DNA of 64,000 nucleotides from Burkholderiales bacterium (GTDB lineage Bacteria; Pseudomonadota; Gammaproteobacteria; Burkholderiales; Burkholderiaceae_C): NCBI GenBank assembly GCA_027484405.1, contig JAIXTA010000139.1, positions 3,930 to 67,929 of the forward strand, read 5' to 3'. Shown piece by piece: positions 62,501 to 64,000 of this stretch (position 1 is its first letter; each line of letters starts with the position of its first letter). The notes under the pieces were generated by a model. It saw only the letters and a program-made list of their open reading frames with translations, ran no database searches and was not told where the DNA came from. The position numbers and the translations under genes were made by a program.

Positions 62501-62945
62501 TGCCCGGCGTGTTGGTCACGGTCAGGCGATTGCCTTGCTGACTGAAGCTGGCCTGGCCGTTGACCACCGTGGCGCCCTGGGGCAGCGCGCTTGGCAGATT
62601 GCGTGCGGGGTTGGCCACGCCGAGCTGATTGCCGGCTGCGTTCGGCGCAGTGACGGCTGCGGGCAGCGCGCCGCGCTGCAGCAGGGCGGGCAGGCCGCCG
62701 CGCAGTGCATCCGGCGTAATGCCCAGCGGCAGTGCACGACCCGGTGCCGCGGCGGGCGCGGTCTGCGCCAGGGCCACCCCGCTCACACCGACGAGGAACA
62801 CGCTGGCCAGCGCAGCGCTGAGGCGGGTGGGCGTGGGGGCGTATGCGGCAGCCTGTGTGCGATGGGCTTGCAGCGGGCCGCCCTCGCGGCGTGCATGACG
62901 GGAAACGGAGCAGGGCGCCTGAGCGCGCCCCGAAGGCGTGGACAT
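56517..62945 (-). CDS. TpsA filamentous-haemagglutinin-family exoprotein (2142 aa)
   Basis: SD GGAGG; signal peptide; TPS domain (INWQQFNV, VLNRV, LVNPNG), WLIDP motif, G/A/S/T/N-rich beta-helix repeats. Confidence 0.93.
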   Translation of the reverse strand: MSTPSGRAQAPCSVSRHARREGGPLQAHRTQAAAYAPTPTRLSAALASVFLVGVSGVALAQTAPAAAPGRALPLGITPDALRGGLPALLQRGALPAAVTAPNAAGNQLGVANPARNLPSALPQGATVVNGQASFSQQGNRLTVTNTPGTIINWQQFNVGVGNVTWFNQQNAQSAVLNRVTGVDPSQILGTLGSNGRVFLVNPNGVVFGQGAMVDTAGLVVSTLDISNEDFKAGRLRFAGLPGAPSGEIKVDGVMRAQNGDVYIIGGSVSNDGLIQAPNGAVVLAAGQSVELAGRGLDGIRFEVAAGGEVRNLGRIEGSAVGIFAGSLRHSGAIEATTLQRVGGEVRLVAQDITLASGSTTRATGELGGGTVHVGGGLRGQDAGTPNARNTTVEAGAVVDVSATGRGNGGTAVIYATDLATIHGELIARGGAQGGNGGFIETSGKKHLHMTGRVDASAARGRAGTWLIDPAEMTIQGSAFGCYGGVNIICESVIESATANVLIEADFGVRTTSAFINNDLRLPANLDFTIRTANATNTSVYGGVDGINLLAYGGPLAIYTSGTGRISLQTHTSGASTSGVSITTGLLNAGTGGIEIRSNGATVDASNSGADWVSYGGLLVSGASRILTGESNSWSAQGNITIERGAFSGLTRIDVGQQLNNPANGGSLSLSSSNGSISLEADVYARGQAGATGQVGGSGGTLSLQAFSGSVNLVRGSINLQGGDGGAGSAGNNGTISFVAFPAPESPPTSGAAGQAGGLGGNLYVSARDANIAGAFNINASGGNGGTGGQGGNVNPLAVSALTPGAGGNGGSGGTGGFVAVSTSGSFTLNGSIRADGGAGGAAGAAGNLRGGAAGTNPNTVQSGSGGSGGTFSGSLGSVSTIGSTGSITVEGGASESGFGGSGGGINISSFTGTAFTVQQGGLLSARGGAVGQGATVSGTQAGGGGFINVTADDIRIDGTLDASGGGQTDPVLRTTVYNGLRGSGGSIDLSYYGGRVGGPPSTGILLGGTSILRVQGSSDLRTVSDASPGTSFLGQVRLRAGAAGVTQQTGGTLVTPQLNLDSAGSVSLASAANALGVVRGTVLGNLDLAASGFLWFDGDRRMVLGWQNFYGGSDLDATGAVRIAAAPGTGIDIGEAVLGDSIAIRADRFSASSQQSTILDARGTAGLIDIGTSDAGFASDTLRAFGAGYAPTVRANLSSDTSVYGGAEDATSGLILHADEWSRMQGRTLRLSGSNVAVNGSGAVTLGNTPFSTLALTALSGSVTQTSALDLGSGQLQARSTAGDVLLQNAANRAGSVVLAGERIRYTNTTQPGLSATIERANVDAVIQTGGALTVDGTLSGALSVQSAGVLGFGNLSAGTLQADSGGAAISQQAGTALSVAGAATLNAGTGTVTLGNAGNDFGGLVNVTGGTVQLRDANALNTTLNATSASLNAGGNLGVTGSVANTLSTQAVATTFGATTVGGALNVTATGAVTQTGALAVAGSTSLSAAGNAVTLNNAANNFVGTVTVSGSTVQLSDTNALTANLTAASATLSAGGALTVSGTTSGALTTTSAALSLGSLSVGSNLASTAGGAVTQTAALTVGGTANVNAGSNSITLTNAANNFSGLTTLTGGTVQITDANALSTVLNASTATINAGGALSLAGSVTGNLIANAAGAMTQTAALTVGGTSTLNAAGSAIALTNAGNDFVGTVSATGSNVDLADANDLRVAISAADRVGLGAGGAISQSGAITAQRVIANAGGGIDFSRADNRLGALGGSAGGAVLARSTGAFTVGALDAAGNLVALRGASLDLASTGDVLVLGGTQARTGGARIESTGGNLTVRGNGNAVSAAGAMDLRADGTLRIGDAAGSGALAVSGASINAVSTRGALSVGDSAGGFATSVSSTAGAISLRAGTTLDVLGGNAAGASTRISALGNAANPASVSLLAASGITVLGGAGANANVLISAANAASVTKSPGNVSGVAASAPTPDGSSVSLTTTSGDISLLAGTGVDAYAQVGSLNSNSTQLIADGGNVLISGQGNGGYAAAIGQTVTVRVSPSGNLRLSPGTGTNADALILGVNSPNLPAGFRVGQAPNDALTNGRTDAGVATLSRAPVDPSVIQNILVALGLPSTPFLPTGFGSNLPGNAPTETYDVCSK
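57680..58800 (-). repeat. Internal protein repeats of TpsA (xTLxNAxNxFxG...V.L.D.NAL)
   Basis: Phe codons of the motif at 58740, 58434, 58128 and 57876 give periods of 306, 306 and 252 bp. Confidence 0.8.
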
Positions 62946-63120
62946 ACTGGCTTCCTCCCGGGCGCTGCGCCCTGGGCCCGGTCGGCCGGGCTGCGCCCTG
63001 CTGTGCGCGCATTACCGCCAGGACAGGCGGGCGGGCACGTCCGGCGACTGTAGACCCGCGTTGCCGGATCTTCACTCCCGCATGGGTGGGATGGAACACG
63101 CACAGAATCGAACCAATGAT

Positions 63121-63215
63121 GACCGTTTTTGATCTTTATTGTTGAACTTCACACAGATCTCGCTTGTATGAAGCGGCTTCTCATCGATTCATTGCATTTC
63201 CATTTTTGGCCGATT
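63121..63215. repeat. AT-rich intergenic element upstream of tpsA
   Basis: TTGATCTTTATT (63129-63140), CGCTTGTATGAAGCGG core, TTTTTGGCCGATTTTG end; aligns with 38335-38432. Confidence 0.55.
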
Positions 63216-63331
63216 TTGCATCCACACCGAACAGCGTGCCGCGTCTGCCTGACGGACGGGTGCGTCGGACGTGCGCAACGTGCCGTGCATGCGTTGCAAC
63301 CCGCCGCCGTGAGTGCAAGTGCGCGGCACCC

Positions 63332-64000
63332 TCACCACGCGGCCGCATGCGTGCCCAGAGGCATGCTCGGCCGCACCAAGGCAGGCCAGACCGGCGTGCT
63401 CCGGGCCGCATGACGCACCACGGTCAGGCGGCCGAACCCGGAGGCTTCCTCCACCAGACAGTCGGCCACGGCGGCCTGATCGGGATCGTGTGCGGCAAAG
63501 CCCTGCGGCTGCCGCCCCAGCCCGCGCAACCACTGCGCGGTCTGCGCCAGCGACACGTCCACGCGCCAGCTTCCGCCCTCGACTTCGCGCCGTGCCAGGG
63601 CCGCGGCGATGCCGGCCGCCAGCAGGTAGCCCGAGGCATGGTCCAGCACCTGCGCCGGGAGCGGGCGGGGGTCGGGCTGGCCGGCGGCATCGCCATGTGA
63701 TTTGTCGTCAATCCGGCCCTGCCAAGCCAAGTGAGCGCGTGCTTCGGCATCGTTCATGCCGCAGGCGGTCTGCACCAGCGAGTCGAAACCGCGCCGGTCC
63801 GCCCAGGGGCCGGTGCGGCCGTAGGCACTCAGGCTCGCCACCACCATGCCCGGTGCATCCGCGCCGCGCAGTCCCGCCAGCTGCTGCGGCGCAAACCCGC
63901 GCGACGCGAGCCCGCCGGGGCGATAGCCCTGCAGGAACACATCGGCTTGCGCGGCCAGCTGCTGCAGCGTGGAGTGCTGGGCCGGGTCGTTCAGATCAAT
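63332..64000 (-). CDS. CoA-transferase family III (CaiB/BaiF), 3' part; start lies beyond the window
   Basis: DVFLQGYRPG, SLSAYG..GPW..RRGFDSLVQ, PLPAQVLDHASG. Confidence 0.88.
   Translation of the reverse strand: MDLNDPAQHSTLQQLAAQADVFLQGYRPGGLASRGFAPQQLAGLRGADAPGMVVASLSAYGRTGPWADRRGFDSLVQTACGMNDAEARAHLAWQGRIDDKSHGDAAGQPDPRPLPAQVLDHASGYLLAAGIAAALARREVEGGSWRVDVSLAQTAQWLRGLGRQPQGFAAHDPDQAAVADCLVEEASGFGRLTVVRHAARSTPVWPALVRPSMPLGTHAAAW

Noticed and set aside
56517-62945. TpsA as a CdiA contact-dependent inhibition toxin
   Set aside because: No VENN-type or other pre-toxin motif, no C-terminal toxin-like domain and no small immunity gene. The WLIDP-type TPS domain fits the HMW/adhesin class.

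Overview
GC-rich betaproteobacterial (Burkholderiales-like) chromosomal segment, about 53 CDS. I found no rRNA, tRNA, CRISPR array, integrase or transposase. Housekeeping genes include purT (partial), pyrE, xth, rhlE, fumC, argS, dsbA and ubiE-Tim44-ubiJ-ubiB. They are mixed with signalling genes (RegB/RegA, a QseB/C-like pair, two soluble orphan hybrid kinases) and a metal cluster (DUF2946/CruR-like uORF, TonB receptor, YcnI; PepSY, cytochrome b, CDF). There is also a tandem DUF1631 pair and a two-partner secretion operon, TpsA-(FecR)x2-TpsB. Best candidate for an undescribed system: the TPS operon, where the 2142-aa exoprotein and the secreted tandem-FecR protein both end in [D/N]-V-C-[S/T]-x and both have an odd Cys count, suggesting an intermolecular disulfide tether. 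Other notable items are a C20 tract that puts the SD-led fumC start out of frame, a dispersed family of REP-like intergenic elements, an unannotated 37-aa protein with TetR-type operators, and a recurrent leaderless-type promoter geometry. All family assignments come from motif recognition by eye; no database searches were run.
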